A DNA stretch of 64,000 nucleotides, taken from an uncultured Bacteroidales bacterium (GTDB taxonomy: Bacteria; Bacteroidota; Bacteroidia; Bacteroidales; WCHB1-69). The stretch is from NCBI GenBank assembly GCA_946409645.1, contig CAMJXE010000007.1, positions 2,468 through 66,467 on the forward strand, in the 5' to 3' direction. The translations under genes were made by a program, and so were the position numbers. Under the pieces are notes generated by a model. It was not told where the DNA came from, ran no database searches, and saw only the letters and a program-made list of their open reading frames with translations. Shown one piece after another: positions 17,363 through 27,364 of the stretch; position 1 is the stretch's first letter, and each line of letters begins with the position of its first letter.

Positions 17363-18052
17363 ATGGTTACAAAGAAAACAGACAAGGGTAATCTTGAAAA
17401 CAAACGCGGATTATTTGCTTTAGTCGGATTCGTTGTGGTATTAGGTCTTGTATATGCTGGTTTCGAACTTTTCGCCAGTGAAGATCGTACTACACCATTC
17501 GAATTGGTAGATGACGATTTCATCACCGTCTTAGACAATGATGTGCTCGCCACCGACCAAACTCCACCTCCGCCACAACCAAAGCAACAACCTCAACAAG
17601 AGGTAATTATCAAAATTGTCGATAATAACGTGCATGTGGACATGGATATCTCTTTCGATGTTGAAGTCTCACAAGACGACATCATTCCGGAGCTTGACGA
17701 CACAAAAGTAGATCTTGTGGATGAAACCTCGGATGTAGAACCTCCAGAGAAATGGACCGAAGAGATGCCCGAATTTCCAGGCGGCGACGATGCCCTCAAC
17801 GCTTTCCTTACCCGCGAAATTCAATACCCTGAGCTGGCCCGCACTACCGGCATCACAGGCACTGTGCTGATTGAGTTCGTCGTGGAAAAGGACGGCAGCG
17901 TCAGCAACGTCAGGGTCAAAGCTCCACTCTTCCCCGATTGCGACAAGGAAGCCGTTCGCGGTGTCATGGCCATGCCGAAATGGAAACCCGGCAAGAACAA
18001 CGGCCGTCCCACCCGCTGCTACTACCAAGTGCCCGTCACTTTCAGACAATAA
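17363..18052 (+). CDS. tonB: Energy transducer TonB (copy 2, tandem paralog)
   Basis: Same length (229 aa) and motifs as copy 1; start trimmed to ATG 17363. Confidence 0.92.
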   Translation: MVTKKTDKGNLENKRGLFALVGFVVVLGLVYAGFELFASEDRTTPFELVDDDFITVLDNDVLATDQTPPPPQPKQQPQQEVIIKIVDNNVHVDMDISFDVEVSQDDIIPELDDTKVDLVDETSDVEPPEKWTEEMPEFPGGDDALNAFLTREIQYPELARTTGITGTVLIEFVVEKDGSVSNVRVKAPLFPDCDKEAVRGVMAMPKWKPGKNNGRPTRCYYQVPVTFRQ

Positions 18053-18128
18053 GTTTAAGGTTTACAGTTTAAGGTTTAAGGCAGCTGAACTGATTGGCCT
18101 TAAACCTTAAACTTTTAGAATTAAAATG

Positions 18129-18153
18129 AGAAATCCAATCGGGTTTCTTTTTT
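18129..18153 (+). terminator. Intrinsic terminator after tonB2
   Basis: agaaatccaatcgggtttc plus T-run, paralogous to the tonB1 terminator. Confidence 0.65.
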
Positions 18154-18222
18154 GTTTATTGACTTTAGACTCATGACTTTAGCCTTCTGAACGCTCAAGA
18201 CCCAAGTCTTTAGTCTCAAGTC

Positions 18223-18615
18223 TCAATACTTCCGTTTCAGAATCTCCGACCACACAATCCCTTTATACACCTCTTCTTCATTCATCGTGAGGTGAATATT
18301 CTTGATAGTGGTATCCGTAGTAGTCGTGACCGTTTCTTCATTATTTTGAATGAACAAATTCTCAAAATCACGGTCACTCATGGTCTCATAAGAGAAATAT
18401 TCCTCGTTTTGTGGCTGTTGCGGAGCTGCCGATTGGGCCTTCCTCTTTTGGGACTGCGGAGACTCTTTCCCTTCAGAAACTTCCCGACGAATTGGACGAA
18501 CAATTTTCTTTGCCTCCTCAGCGCCCCCTAATAATTTCTTGATACCAGGTAAAAAACCTAACGCTATGGCACCAACAACAAATAATATGTCAATAATCGA
18601 ATCTAAAAACTCCAT
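18223..18615 (-). CDS. Hypothetical membrane-anchored protein
   Basis: N-terminal TM; C-terminal KGIVWSEILKRKY motif. Confidence 0.75.
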   Translation of the reverse strand: MEFLDSIIDILFVVGAIALGFLPGIKKLLGGAEEAKKIVRPIRREVSEGKESPQSQKRKAQSAAPQQPQNEEYFSYETMSDRDFENLFIQNNEETVTTTTDTTIKNIHLTMNEEEVYKGIVWSEILKRKY

Positions 18616-18634
18616 AATATCTGGTTTATAAGGT

Positions 18635-19633
18635 TTACTTTTGATAATTTTCTATCTCTTGCTCGATCTGATCAGTAAATTTCCTGTTTTCATTTTTTGC
18701 TTTGGCAATGCTCACATTAAGATCATAGCAAATCAAAAAAATGGTGGAACTCCAGTTTATCCACAACAAAATGGCAAAAACAGCTCCTAAAGACCCGTAA
18801 ATAAGGTTATAATTATTGAAATTGGAGAAATATAAATTAATTATCCACAATAATAGCACTAACAGAATGGTGCAAGTGGAGGAACCTGCGGAAAAAAACC
18901 GGTAATCCCCCCGCTTAACTGGAGCCAAATAGTAGAATATACTGATTAAGAAATAAATAGCAGCATAAACCAAAATCCATTTCACAAAATGCACCAAAAA
19001 AGTATATAATTCGGGATTGTTCCCAAAATGGGTATGTACATATCGCATCGCGAAGGAAGCCAAAATGAAAAATGCGGCCACAAAAACAATAATGATGAAT
19101 GTCAACATCATCAATCCGGCACTTAACACAATCTGTTTCAGGAATGTACGCTTATCCACGATGAAATACGATGAAGTCATCGCCACCAAAATGCCATTGA
19201 TGCATACAATGGTAAAATAGATACCAATGATGAACATGAACGACGACAATGTTCCGTTCTGGCGCATCACCACATCTGTAATGATGCCTGAAACCGATGG
19301 CCATACGTATGGCGGCACAATGGACTCCAGCATTGAAATAATGGTGTTACGGAAGTTTTCGCCAAGGAAAGCGATAGCAGAAAAAAGCGCGATAATCATA
19401 GGAATCACCGCTACGAAAATACGATAGGTAATGGCCGCTGCGCGCTGGAAAACCACTCCTTTGCTTAAGGACTGACCAAAGAATCGCATCACATCGTACA
19501 AAGGAACCTTCTGAAGTCCTGGTAACGTAATTTCTTTGGACTTCTTCACCCACTTGCCAAATCCCGGGATTCGCTCCAAATCGCTACTCCACTGTTGGAA
19601 CTTCAACATTATTATTCGAATCCAGTGTTTCAT
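18635..19633 (-). CDS. YihY/virulence factor BrkB family membrane protein
   Basis: RAAAITY, YNLIYGSLGAVFAILLWI, multiple TMs. Confidence 0.9.
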   Translation of the reverse strand: MKHWIRIIMLKFQQWSSDLERIPGFGKWVKKSKEITLPGLQKVPLYDVMRFFGQSLSKGVVFQRAAAITYRIFVAVIPMIIALFSAIAFLGENFRNTIISMLESIVPPYVWPSVSGIITDVVMRQNGTLSSFMFIIGIYFTIVCINGILVAMTSSYFIVDKRTFLKQIVLSAGLMMLTFIIIVFVAAFFILASFAMRYVHTHFGNNPELYTFLVHFVKWILVYAAIYFLISIFYYLAPVKRGDYRFFSAGSSTCTILLVLLLWIINLYFSNFNNYNLIYGSLGAVFAILLWINWSSTIFLICYDLNVSIAKAKNENRKFTDQIEQEIENYQK

Positions 19634-19674
19634 TATTGATTCGTTGTAAGTGAAGACTATCGATTTAACAAATT

Positions 19675-20523
19675 TTATATCAATGATTTAAGACTCATAT
19701 CCAAGCTATTGATATGGTGAGTGAACGCACCTACGGAAATGAAATCCACTCCCGTAACGGCATAATCGTGCAGAGTTTCGCGCACAATACCACCAGAAGC
19801 TTCCGTCTCAACTTGGTGATTCACCATTTTCACGCCCTCGCGAATTTGATCAGGAGTGAAGTTGTCAAACATTATGCGCTGCACACCACCGTGCTTCAAT
19901 ACCCGCGCCACATCGTCCAAACTACGGGTTTCAATCTCAATGTTTAATTGTAAATTATTATCTTTCAAATATTTATTAGCTGCATCAATAGCTTTTTCTA
20001 TGCCACCTGCAAAATCGATATGATTGTCTTTTAACATCATCATATCGTAAAGACCGAAGCGGTGGTTCTGCGCTCCGCCAACCGTCACGGCATACTTTTC
20101 GAAAATGCGCATATTTGGGGTCGTCTTGCGTGTATCAAGCAAGATAACATCTGTATCTTTCACCAAATCAACGTATTCGCGGGTTGTCGTAGCAATTCCG
20201 CTCATTCGTTGCATAAAGTTGAGAAGCGTACGTTCCGCTGTCAGCATGTTGCGTGACGAACCGTGCAGCGTGAAAGCGATATCTCCCTTACGCACTTGCG
20301 TACCATCCGGAAGTAACAGCTCCATCTGGATATTCTCATCCACCTGACGCAACACTTCACGCGCTACATCCACACCGGCAAGCACACCGTTTTGTTTAAT
20401 GAGCAGTTTCATATCTCCCTGCGCATCCGCTGGAATGCAGGAAAGCGAAGAATGGTCTCCGTTGCCAATATCTTCGCGTAATGTTAACGCTATCAATTCT
20501 TTAACTTTGTCTGTTATCTTCAT
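19675..20523 (-). CDS. nadC: Nicotinate-nucleotide diphosphorylase (carboxylating)
   Basis: AERTLLNFMQRMSGIAT, DTRKTTP, HRFGL, LKDNH, EASGG, ISVGA. Confidence 0.97.
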   Translation of the reverse strand: MKITDKVKELIALTLREDIGNGDHSSLSCIPADAQGDMKLLIKQNGVLAGVDVAREVLRQVDENIQMELLLPDGTQVRKGDIAFTLHGSSRNMLTAERTLLNFMQRMSGIATTTREYVDLVKDTDVILLDTRKTTPNMRIFEKYAVTVGGAQNHRFGLYDMMMLKDNHIDFAGGIEKAIDAANKYLKDNNLQLNIEIETRSLDDVARVLKHGGVQRIMFDNFTPDQIREGVKMVNHQVETEASGGIVRETLHDYAVTGVDFISVGAFTHHINSLDMSLKSLI

Positions 20524-21032
20524 TTTTGCACAATTATTTCAGGTGTGAAAACGGTGTCGCTGTGATGTAATGCACGGTCAACCAAGTAGCAAGATAGCTG
20601 AACTGTATCATACGGCGACATAGGATTGTTAATGTATGTGACAATAGAGAGCTTACCCTCAATGGATTCGGGAACGTCGTTGCTCAAATGGGGCACCCGC
20701 GCATGTAATGGGGTCGGAAATTCCAATTTAACCCATTCTCCATGCTGTTTTTCGTAAAAATCAATGAAAAGATTGTAATAATAGGGTGAATCCACTGCAA
20801 AAACAGGATTTTTGTCGGTTTCGTCCAAACCTACATCTCCGTCTCCATCATGAAAATAGAGCGTGAGTTCCGCCTGACTGTCATGACCGGTACCATTATC
20901 TATCTTCTCCAAAGAAACAAACTCGATATACGGGATAATAGAGTACTTTTCTTGATTTCTACACCCAAAAAAGGGCACGGAAAGTACCAAAAAGCACAAC
21001 CCGAAGAGAATATTTCGCATGAATAATTTCAT
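20520..21032 (-). CDS. Hypothetical lipoprotein
   Basis: Lipobox FFG-C; FHDGDGDVG, DRALH.S motifs. Confidence 0.75.
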   Translation of the reverse strand: MKLFMRNILFGLCFLVLSVPFFGCRNQEKYSIIPYIEFVSLEKIDNGTGHDSQAELTLYFHDGDGDVGLDETDKNPVFAVDSPYYYNLFIDFYEKQHGEWVKLEFPTPLHARVPHLSNDVPESIEGKLSIVTYINNPMSPYDTVQLSCYLVDRALHHSDTVFTPEIIVQK

Positions 21033-21084
21033 AACTCTATTGATTACGAGACTGCAAAAATACGAAAAATAAAAGACGCAAAGC

Positions 21085-21945
21085 CTACCTGAACTTCCGA
21101 TGGTTCAGAAAACGATTTTCTTTTTCAATTTCCATCATCCGCTCAATAGTTTCAGGAGAGAAGAAAGACTCGGCTAATCTTTCTTCCAAATAACTGATTG
21201 CCAAATCATTAATATGACATAGATCTTTTGCGTAGAATCGGTAATCGCGCAGATCGTCCATCAAATATTCATACGCTGGAAAATAATAGGTATAATCATT
21301 ATCCACTAATTTTTCCACGGCAAGCAGTAATGTGGCCTTGCTTAATGCATTTTCGTGTGCACCGTCGCCAAGGTGACGCACCGGACTCACCGTGAAAACC
21401 ACTTTCATGTCAGGACAAGCCTCCCTTAACATCAACAAGGTCGTATTCCATTGAGACACTATCTTTTTAACATCCAATCTGATTCTATCGAACTGATGGT
21501 TAGGAATTTTATGGCAGTTGGAAACAATCAGATCTCGCGGGATAAACTTATAGCAAAAGGCAGTACCAAAAGTGACGAAAAGATAATGCGTTTTACGCAA
21601 AAAAACCGAACTATGTTGTAGATTTCTGTCTATATTAGCTTCAAAATCCTCATAATTTTCCTTGGAAAAGCGTCCATGATGAGCAAAACTCACCCACAAA
21701 TCACGATATTTATAAAAATAACGGTTCTTGTCGAAGAGATCAGGCTGGAGCATGAAACGTAGCGCACGGTCGATGGAAATGGGGTTGAACAGCACTCCGA
21801 ATGGGTTGGAACACACATCAAAACGATGCGTGTCGAAATAATGGCCCATATTGTCGGAGAAACAAGAGCCCATTAACATCACAGTATCATCCTCCCGAAT
21901 GAGGAATGGATATTGAGGAGCAGGGATTATTGTTCTGAATTGCAT
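21085..21945 (-). CDS. GSCFA domain protein
   Basis: GSCFS, NPFGVLFNP, NCHK, TVSPVRH, YFPAYE..MDDLRDYRFY. Confidence 0.93.
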   Translation of the reverse strand: MQFRTIIPAPQYPFLIREDDTVMLMGSCFSDNMGHYFDTHRFDVCSNPFGVLFNPISIDRALRFMLQPDLFDKNRYFYKYRDLWVSFAHHGRFSKENYEDFEANIDRNLQHSSVFLRKTHYLFVTFGTAFCYKFIPRDLIVSNCHKIPNHQFDRIRLDVKKIVSQWNTTLLMLREACPDMKVVFTVSPVRHLGDGAHENALSKATLLLAVEKLVDNDYTYYFPAYEYLMDDLRDYRFYAKDLCHINDLAISYLEERLAESFFSPETIERMMEIEKENRFLNHRKFR

Positions 21946-21951
21946 ATTTTA

Positions 21952-24327
21952 TTATTTGGGTATCAACAATTTAGCAAATTTTAAAACTAAGGTTTTACTG
22001 CCAACGGTATCGAATACAACCACGGCACGAGCATCCGGTCCGGCACCCGAAACAGAGTCCACACGACCGAATCCGAACTTATTATGATAAACGCGCACGC
22101 CAGGAAGTATCGACTCAGGAGCCGCCAAGTCGCCGATTTGGTCAAGTTGCACTTCGGTTTTCGTCTTCATCACCGGACGGGGCGCGGCAGGTTCCGATTT
22201 TTTAATTTCTCTATTATAACCAACTGATGTAGAGCGAGTTCCTGAATTAAAACGGAACGAACCCGAGGAAGATTCTGACGATGAACGCCCAAATAAACCA
22301 CTACCTTCGGATGCCTTCTGCGTAACCTTCAAGAAACGGATGGGAATCTCCTCCATGAATCGGCTGGCTTCGCATGGCCTACGCTGCCCGTACTGAAAAC
22401 GGGACATCGCCATGGTAAGGAATACCTGTTTACGTGCACGAGTGAGTGCAACATAGAACAACCGCCGCTCTTCTTCCATTTCATGCCGCGAATCCAAACT
22501 CAAAGAAGAGGGGAAGAGGTTCTCCTCCATTCCGGAAACAAATACGTAATCGAACTCCAAACCCTTGGCAGAATGGATTGTCATCAACTTCACCACATTT
22601 TGCTCCTCGTCGCCTTCTCCCTTGTTCAAATCTCTCTCATCCAGCAAAGAAACGGACTGCATATACTGATCGAGCGACGGGAAATAGGTCTCTAACATCT
22701 CGCCAGTCTCTTCGTTGAGAATATTTTCTGGTTCACGTTTAGTGAAACTTTGCATAGCGTTGAGTAACTCATTCACATGTTCCACGCGCTCCTTTTCTTC
22801 CACATTTTCATTCAAAGCTTGGGCGAATCCTGTCTTGGAAAAGATTTGCATTCCCAGATCGTAAGCATCTTTGGTGGTCAATTGGGCGGAGAAACCGCTG
22901 ATTAATGCGGCAAAATCGCGCATTTTAGCCATTGTGGGTCCGTTCAATCCTGTATTATAGTTTTCGGGGTATTCCACGACATCCCACATCGGAACGCGTG
23001 CCTCTTGTGCTGTGGCCGCCACCCGCGCCACCGTAGTGTCGCCAATGCCCCGCATTGGGAAATTAATCACCCTCCGCAGCGACTCCTCGTCGTAATGGTT
23101 GATAACCAACCGGAAATATGCCAATAGTGTCTTGATTTCCTTACGGTTATAGAAAGAAATACTGCCGAATATCTTATACGGGATATGCCGCTTGACCATC
23201 GCCTCTTCCAACGCTCGCGACTGAGTGTTGGTACGGTACAGAATCGCAAACTGACGGTTCTCAACGTGTTCTCGCATTTGTGTCTCAAAGATTTTGTTGG
23301 CAATCTCATTGGCCTCCTCCAAATCAGAAGCAGCTCTAATTACTTCTATCTTAGGACCTTCTGCATTTTCCGTCCACACCTCTTTGGGCATACGGTCTTT
23401 ATTGTGAGCGATAACGGCATTGGCTGCATTCACGATGTTTTGCGTGGAACGATAGTTCTGTTCCAGCTTGAAGATGCGCGTGGCTGGATAGTCGCGCTTG
23501 AAGTTGAGGATGTTCTGGATGTCGGCACCGCGGAAGCCGTAAATGCTTTGTGCATCATCGCCCACCACGCAGATATTCTGGTTAAGTGCCGCCAACCTTT
23601 TGATAATCAAATATTGCGCATAGTTAGTGTCCTGATACTCGTCAATCAAGATAAAATTGAAACGATTTTGATATTTGAAGAGGGCTTCTGGCGAATCGCG
23701 CAATAAAACGTTCATGAAATAGAGCAAATCATCGAAATCCATTGCGTTAGCCTTGTGCAGACGGTCGTTATACTTGGCGAAAATCTGCGAGATCATCGGC
23801 TTGTTCGACATGCGGTCCGCCGCTTGAATTTCTGGATTGTCGGCATACTCTTGTGCTGAAAGCAGACTGGATTTTGCCATTGAGATACGTGACAAGATAA
23901 ATCCTGGTGTATATTGCTTCGGATCTAATCCCATCTCTTTGACAATACTCTTAATCAATGACTTTGCATCATCAGTGTCGTATATCGTAATGTTGTTGCC
24001 TAAACCCACCTTCTCGGCTTCGGCACGAAGAATCCGATAGAAAACGGAGTGGAAAGTTCCCATAGTGACAGCCTTGGCTAATTCACCGCCCACCAACTGA
24101 ATGATACGTTCCCGCATCTCCGCAGCGGCCTTATTTGTGAATGTAAGAGCCAAAATACGGTAGGGACTGATATTTTTCACCGCCAACATATAGGCAATTC
24201 TATAGGTTAGCACCCTTGTCTTGCCAGATCCAGCACCCGCCAAAACCATGACTGGGCCGTCAGTTTGGGTGACAGCCACCTGTTGTTGATCGTTAAGTTC
24301 TGATAAAATAAGCTCTTCTTGCGTCAT
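21952..24327 (-). CDS. uvrD: ATP-dependent DNA helicase UvrD/PcrA
   Basis: AGAGSGKT, TFTNKAA, DEYQD, GDDAQSIY, QNYRS, HSAKGLEF, EERRLFYVALTRA; C-terminal Tudor-like domain. Confidence 0.95.
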   Translation of the reverse strand: MTQEELILSELNDQQQVAVTQTDGPVMVLAGAGSGKTRVLTYRIAYMLAVKNISPYRILALTFTNKAAAEMRERIIQLVGGELAKAVTMGTFHSVFYRILRAEAEKVGLGNNITIYDTDDAKSLIKSIVKEMGLDPKQYTPGFILSRISMAKSSLLSAQEYADNPEIQAADRMSNKPMISQIFAKYNDRLHKANAMDFDDLLYFMNVLLRDSPEALFKYQNRFNFILIDEYQDTNYAQYLIIKRLAALNQNICVVGDDAQSIYGFRGADIQNILNFKRDYPATRIFKLEQNYRSTQNIVNAANAVIAHNKDRMPKEVWTENAEGPKIEVIRAASDLEEANEIANKIFETQMREHVENRQFAILYRTNTQSRALEEAMVKRHIPYKIFGSISFYNRKEIKTLLAYFRLVINHYDEESLRRVINFPMRGIGDTTVARVAATAQEARVPMWDVVEYPENYNTGLNGPTMAKMRDFAALISGFSAQLTTKDAYDLGMQIFSKTGFAQALNENVEEKERVEHVNELLNAMQSFTKREPENILNEETGEMLETYFPSLDQYMQSVSLLDERDLNKGEGDEEQNVVKLMTIHSAKGLEFDYVFVSGMEENLFPSSLSLDSRHEMEEERRLFYVALTRARKQVFLTMAMSRFQYGQRRPCEASRFMEEIPIRFLKVTQKASEGSGLFGRSSSESSSGSFRFNSGTRSTSVGYNREIKKSEPAAPRPVMKTKTEVQLDQIGDLAAPESILPGVRVYHNKFGFGRVDSVSGAGPDARAVVVFDTVGSKTLVLKFAKLLIPK

Positions 24328-24428
24328 TTTGACTTATTTAGTGATTAAGTGCGTTTTTTAAGAGTTGTTTGTTAAATTATGATTATAAAAAAATTATTTT
24401 TAATATAATTTTTGTATGAAAAAAATTG

Positions 24429-24552
24429 TATCTTTGCACATTGAAATTATAGAAAAAAGGGCTGTCGGTAAGTCCCACCTGTTTTACACATTATTAAAAG
24501 TCCCACCTAAAATTATTTGGCAATTACTCATTAAAAATCCGGCAGCCCTTAT
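24429..24552. ncRNA. Candidate intergenic sRNA (+) and/or large-loop terminator (-)
   Basis: Orphan + strand TATCTTTG 24429-24436; inverted arms 24457-24468 and 24539-24550 enclosing two AAGTCCCACCT copies. Confidence 0.45.
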
Positions 24553-24556
24553 TAAA

Positions 24557-25129
24557 TCATGATGGCTCGGCATCTGTTTCGAGATGATGAATCACCTCTT
24601 CTACTTGTTGGTAAAGGTCCTCAAAATCGCCGTTGTTCATAAAGATATAATCAGCCATTTGCATACAACGACCAATATTTTGATGATTCGGGTCTGTGGA
24701 GGACATTTCACGCTCTTCGTTGGCGATGAAGGTCTCGAATGAGACTTGATCTGTTTCTGAACCTCGGCTCACGATGCGTTCATAGCGAACTTTAGGATCT
24801 GCATCTACTCCAAAAAGAAGAAAGTGTTTATGTTGACGCAGGGATTCCACTTCGCCAGGGGTGCGAACACTCTCAATGATGGCGTTTTCACCATTCTCTG
24901 CAGCTTGAAGATATAGCTGATCCGTAATATAAGAAGGGCTGTGTTTAGCACGTAAATCATTGGCCACTACCACGAAAGTATCTCGATTCAACTCCATTCC
25001 GCGACGTTGGGCCTCCTCAATGAGATAGCCACGTACGGAATAGTGTCTATAGCCGTAATGTTCTGTAAGATAATCGACTATAGTGCCTTTACCAGCGCCT
25101 AACGTTCCCGTAATTCCTATTATTTTCAT
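24557..25129 (-). CDS. P-loop nucleoside monophosphate / dephospho-CoA kinase-like protein
   Basis: IIGITGTLGAGKGT Walker A, IIESVR, VDADPKVRYERI; start trimmed to ATG 25129. Confidence 0.8.
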   Translation of the reverse strand: MKIIGITGTLGAGKGTIVDYLTEHYGYRHYSVRGYLIEEAQRRGMELNRDTFVVVANDLRAKHSPSYITDQLYLQAAENGENAIIESVRTPGEVESLRQHKHFLLFGVDADPKVRYERIVSRGSETDQVSFETFIANEEREMSSTDPNHQNIGRCMQMADYIFMNNGDFEDLYQQVEEVIHHLETDAEPS

Positions 25130-25151
25130 AACATTCGATTTTAAAAACAAA

Positions 25152-25180
25152 TCAGGTGGCGCAATAGTGTGCCACCTGAA
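25152..25180. terminator. Hairpin between the HIT and kinase genes
   Basis: tcaggtggc-gcaatagtgt-gccacctga. Confidence 0.45.
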
Positions 25181-25188
25181 ATATATGA

Positions 25189-25587
25189 TTATTGAACGGC
25201 AGCGGAAATCTTAGCAGCGATATCTGCAAACTCCTCTTTGGTGAGTTGGACACGCGGCGCTTTGAAATCGAGGTCCCCTACTCCATTGATGGGAACGAGG
25301 TGAATATGGTTGTGAGGAACATCAATGCCAATCACCGCCACACCGATGCGCTGACAGGGCAACACCTTTTTCATTGCTTTCGCCACTTTCTTTGCGAAAA
25401 TCATCATATCACCGAGCGTCTGATCGTCCAAATCGAAAATATAATCATTCTGCAACTTGGTGATAACCAATGTATGACCTTTGGCTAACGGGGAGATATC
25501 GAGGAAAGCAAAGAAACGCTCGTCTTCCGCGATTTTATAACAAGGAATTTCTCCTTTAACGATTTTAGTAAAAATGGTCTCTTCCAT
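25189..25587 (-). CDS. HIT family protein
   Basis: IFTKIVKGEIP, AFLDI.P..KGHTLV, PHNHIHLVP. Confidence 0.95.
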   Translation of the reverse strand: MEETIFTKIVKGEIPCYKIAEDERFFAFLDISPLAKGHTLVITKLQNDYIFDLDDQTLGDMMIFAKKVAKAMKKVLPCQRIGVAVIGIDVPHNHIHLVPINGVGDLDFKAPRVQLTKEEFADIAAKISAAVQ

Positions 25588-25597
25588 AAGAATAAAA

Positions 25598-26071
25598 TTA
25601 ACGGGAAATTTCTAAAATTTGGAATTCCATAACACCAGCGGGTGCTTGAACTGCTACCACATCACCTTTTGAATTGCCGATAAGAGCCTTGGCAATAGGA
25701 CTGGAAACGGAGATTTTACCGCCTTTAAGATCCGATTCGGACTCGGGGACAATCGTATAAGTCATCTCCGCATTATTTCGCATATTCTTGATTTTAACAA
25801 TTGAATAAATCAGAACCTTGGAAACATCTATCTTGGATTCGTCCAGTACCCGAGCCTTGGCTATCAGGTTTTTCAGTTTGGCAATTTTCAGTTCAAGAAG
25901 ACCTTGGGCTTCCTTAGCCGCATCATATTCGGCATTTTCGGAAAGGTCGCCTTTATCACGCGCCTCAGCAATAGCTTGTGAAATCTTCGGGCGTTCGACC
26001 GCTTCCAACTGACTTAATTCACGCTTAAGGGCATCTAAACCCTCCTGCGTATAATACTTAACATCTTCCAT
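25598..26071 (-). CDS. greA: Transcription elongation factor GreA
   Basis: ARDKGDLSENAEYDAAKE, ISVSSPIAKAL. Confidence 0.97.
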   Translation of the reverse strand: MEDVKYYTQEGLDALKRELSQLEAVERPKISQAIAEARDKGDLSENAEYDAAKEAQGLLELKIAKLKNLIAKARVLDESKIDVSKVLIYSIVKIKNMRNNAEMTYTIVPESESDLKGGKISVSSPIAKALIGNSKGDVVAVQAPAGVMEFQILEISR

Positions 26072-26094
26072 AATTCGGTACTAATTTTACACAA

Positions 26095-26126
26095 AATAGA
26101 AGAGACTTGGACAGTCTCTTCTATTT
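26095..26126 (-). terminator. Hairpin terminator after the PorV-family gene
   Basis: aatagaagagac-ttggaca-gtctcttctatt. Confidence 0.7.
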
Positions 26127-26152
26127 GAGATATACAATAAATGATAAATCTG

Positions 26153-27337
26153 TTACAATGTGACCTTTATGCCCATGTAGTGATTACCGCCCCATTTGTT
26201 GGTAAATCTATAAGCGTAATCGAGATAAATTCTCGGACCAATTTTGTGATTTTTACGCTCTTTCGTGAGAGGAATCAAAACAGAAGCACCTGCGGAAGGA
26301 CCAGCAAAGAATGTCTCGCTGTTGAAGAGGATAGCAGCAGTTTCGTTAATGTCAGAAGCTGCACCCCTTGAGACGCTCTCAAGTGCATAACCGGCGCGAA
26401 CCATAAAGATGTTTCTGAAACCGTATTCAATACCCAGAGAGAAAACGTCTCTAGTATAAGAGTTTGCAGTGAAAGCGCCTGCGAAGGTGATTCTATGCTC
26501 AGCGTCGTCACGTGTGAGGCCTTCGCCAGCCAGCTCTTCTTTAGTCATTTCAGCATATTCGCCCCCGAAGAACAGAAGGTCGTAAGAAACACCGATGGAA
26601 AGAAGAGACGGCATTTCAAATTCTGCAGAACGCATTTCAAGCGTTTGATCGAAGTCTTGTTCACTAATGCGTGCGCGAACTGAAAGACCATCGCCCTTAT
26701 AGCTCATAGGCAGACCAATATTCTTCAATGTGACACCAATCTTAAAGTTCTCAAACTTGCCAGTCACGTATTGGACACCTGCATCAATGGCGAAACCTGT
26801 GGCTCTGGAGTCGGAGATACGTTCGTTGATGATTTTAACACTGATACCACCCTTAATGAAGTTGTTGAAAGACTTCGCATAATGCAATCCGATGTAAGTC
26901 AGTGTAGGGCTGAAAACACCGAGACCACCTTCGGGCTGATCGTTAGTTGTAATTTGAACGTCACCGAAGCTTTGGGAGAAGAAAGAGACGGCAAGTACAC
27001 CGAAATCTTTCTTTTTGCCTAACTTCTTGGCAACACCGAAAGAGTTAAGGGCGATACCACAATTAGAGCCAACAAGATACTGAGTTCTATTAAAACTCAG
27101 TTCCATATTTCGTACACCAGTAAGACCGGCCACATTGGTAAAGACGGACTCTAAACCACGTACTTCAGCCACGCCAGCACCAGCCAAACCAGATGTACGT
27201 GCCCATGGATCTATCAGCAGATGAGATGCACCAGCTTGACCGGAACGGTCTCTGTTACCTGCAAATACCGGAACGGTACTTGCAGATAGGAGAGCGATAA
27301 TTGTACAAATTATTAATGATTTATATAGATTTTTCAT
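26153..27337 (-). CDS. PorV/PorQ-family outer-membrane beta-barrel
   Basis: Signal peptide; GQAGASHLLIDPWARTSGLAGA, VFTNVAGL, FAIDAGVQY, GVTLKNIG; FadL-like layout. Confidence 0.8.
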   Translation of the reverse strand: MKNLYKSLIICTIIALLSASTVPVFAGNRDRSGQAGASHLLIDPWARTSGLAGAGVAEVRGLESVFTNVAGLTGVRNMELSFNRTQYLVGSNCGIALNSFGVAKKLGKKKDFGVLAVSFFSQSFGDVQITTNDQPEGGLGVFSPTLTYIGLHYAKSFNNFIKGGISVKIINERISDSRATGFAIDAGVQYVTGKFENFKIGVTLKNIGLPMSYKGDGLSVRARISEQDFDQTLEMRSAEFEMPSLLSIGVSYDLLFFGGEYAEMTKEELAGEGLTRDDAEHRITFAGAFTANSYTRDVFSLGIEYGFRNIFMVRAGYALESVSRGAASDINETAAILFNSETFFAGPSAGASVLIPLTKERKNHKIGPRIYLDYAYRFTNKWGGNHYMGIKVTL

Positions 27338-27364
27338 ATTCTCTGAATTTTTAGATTAATAATT

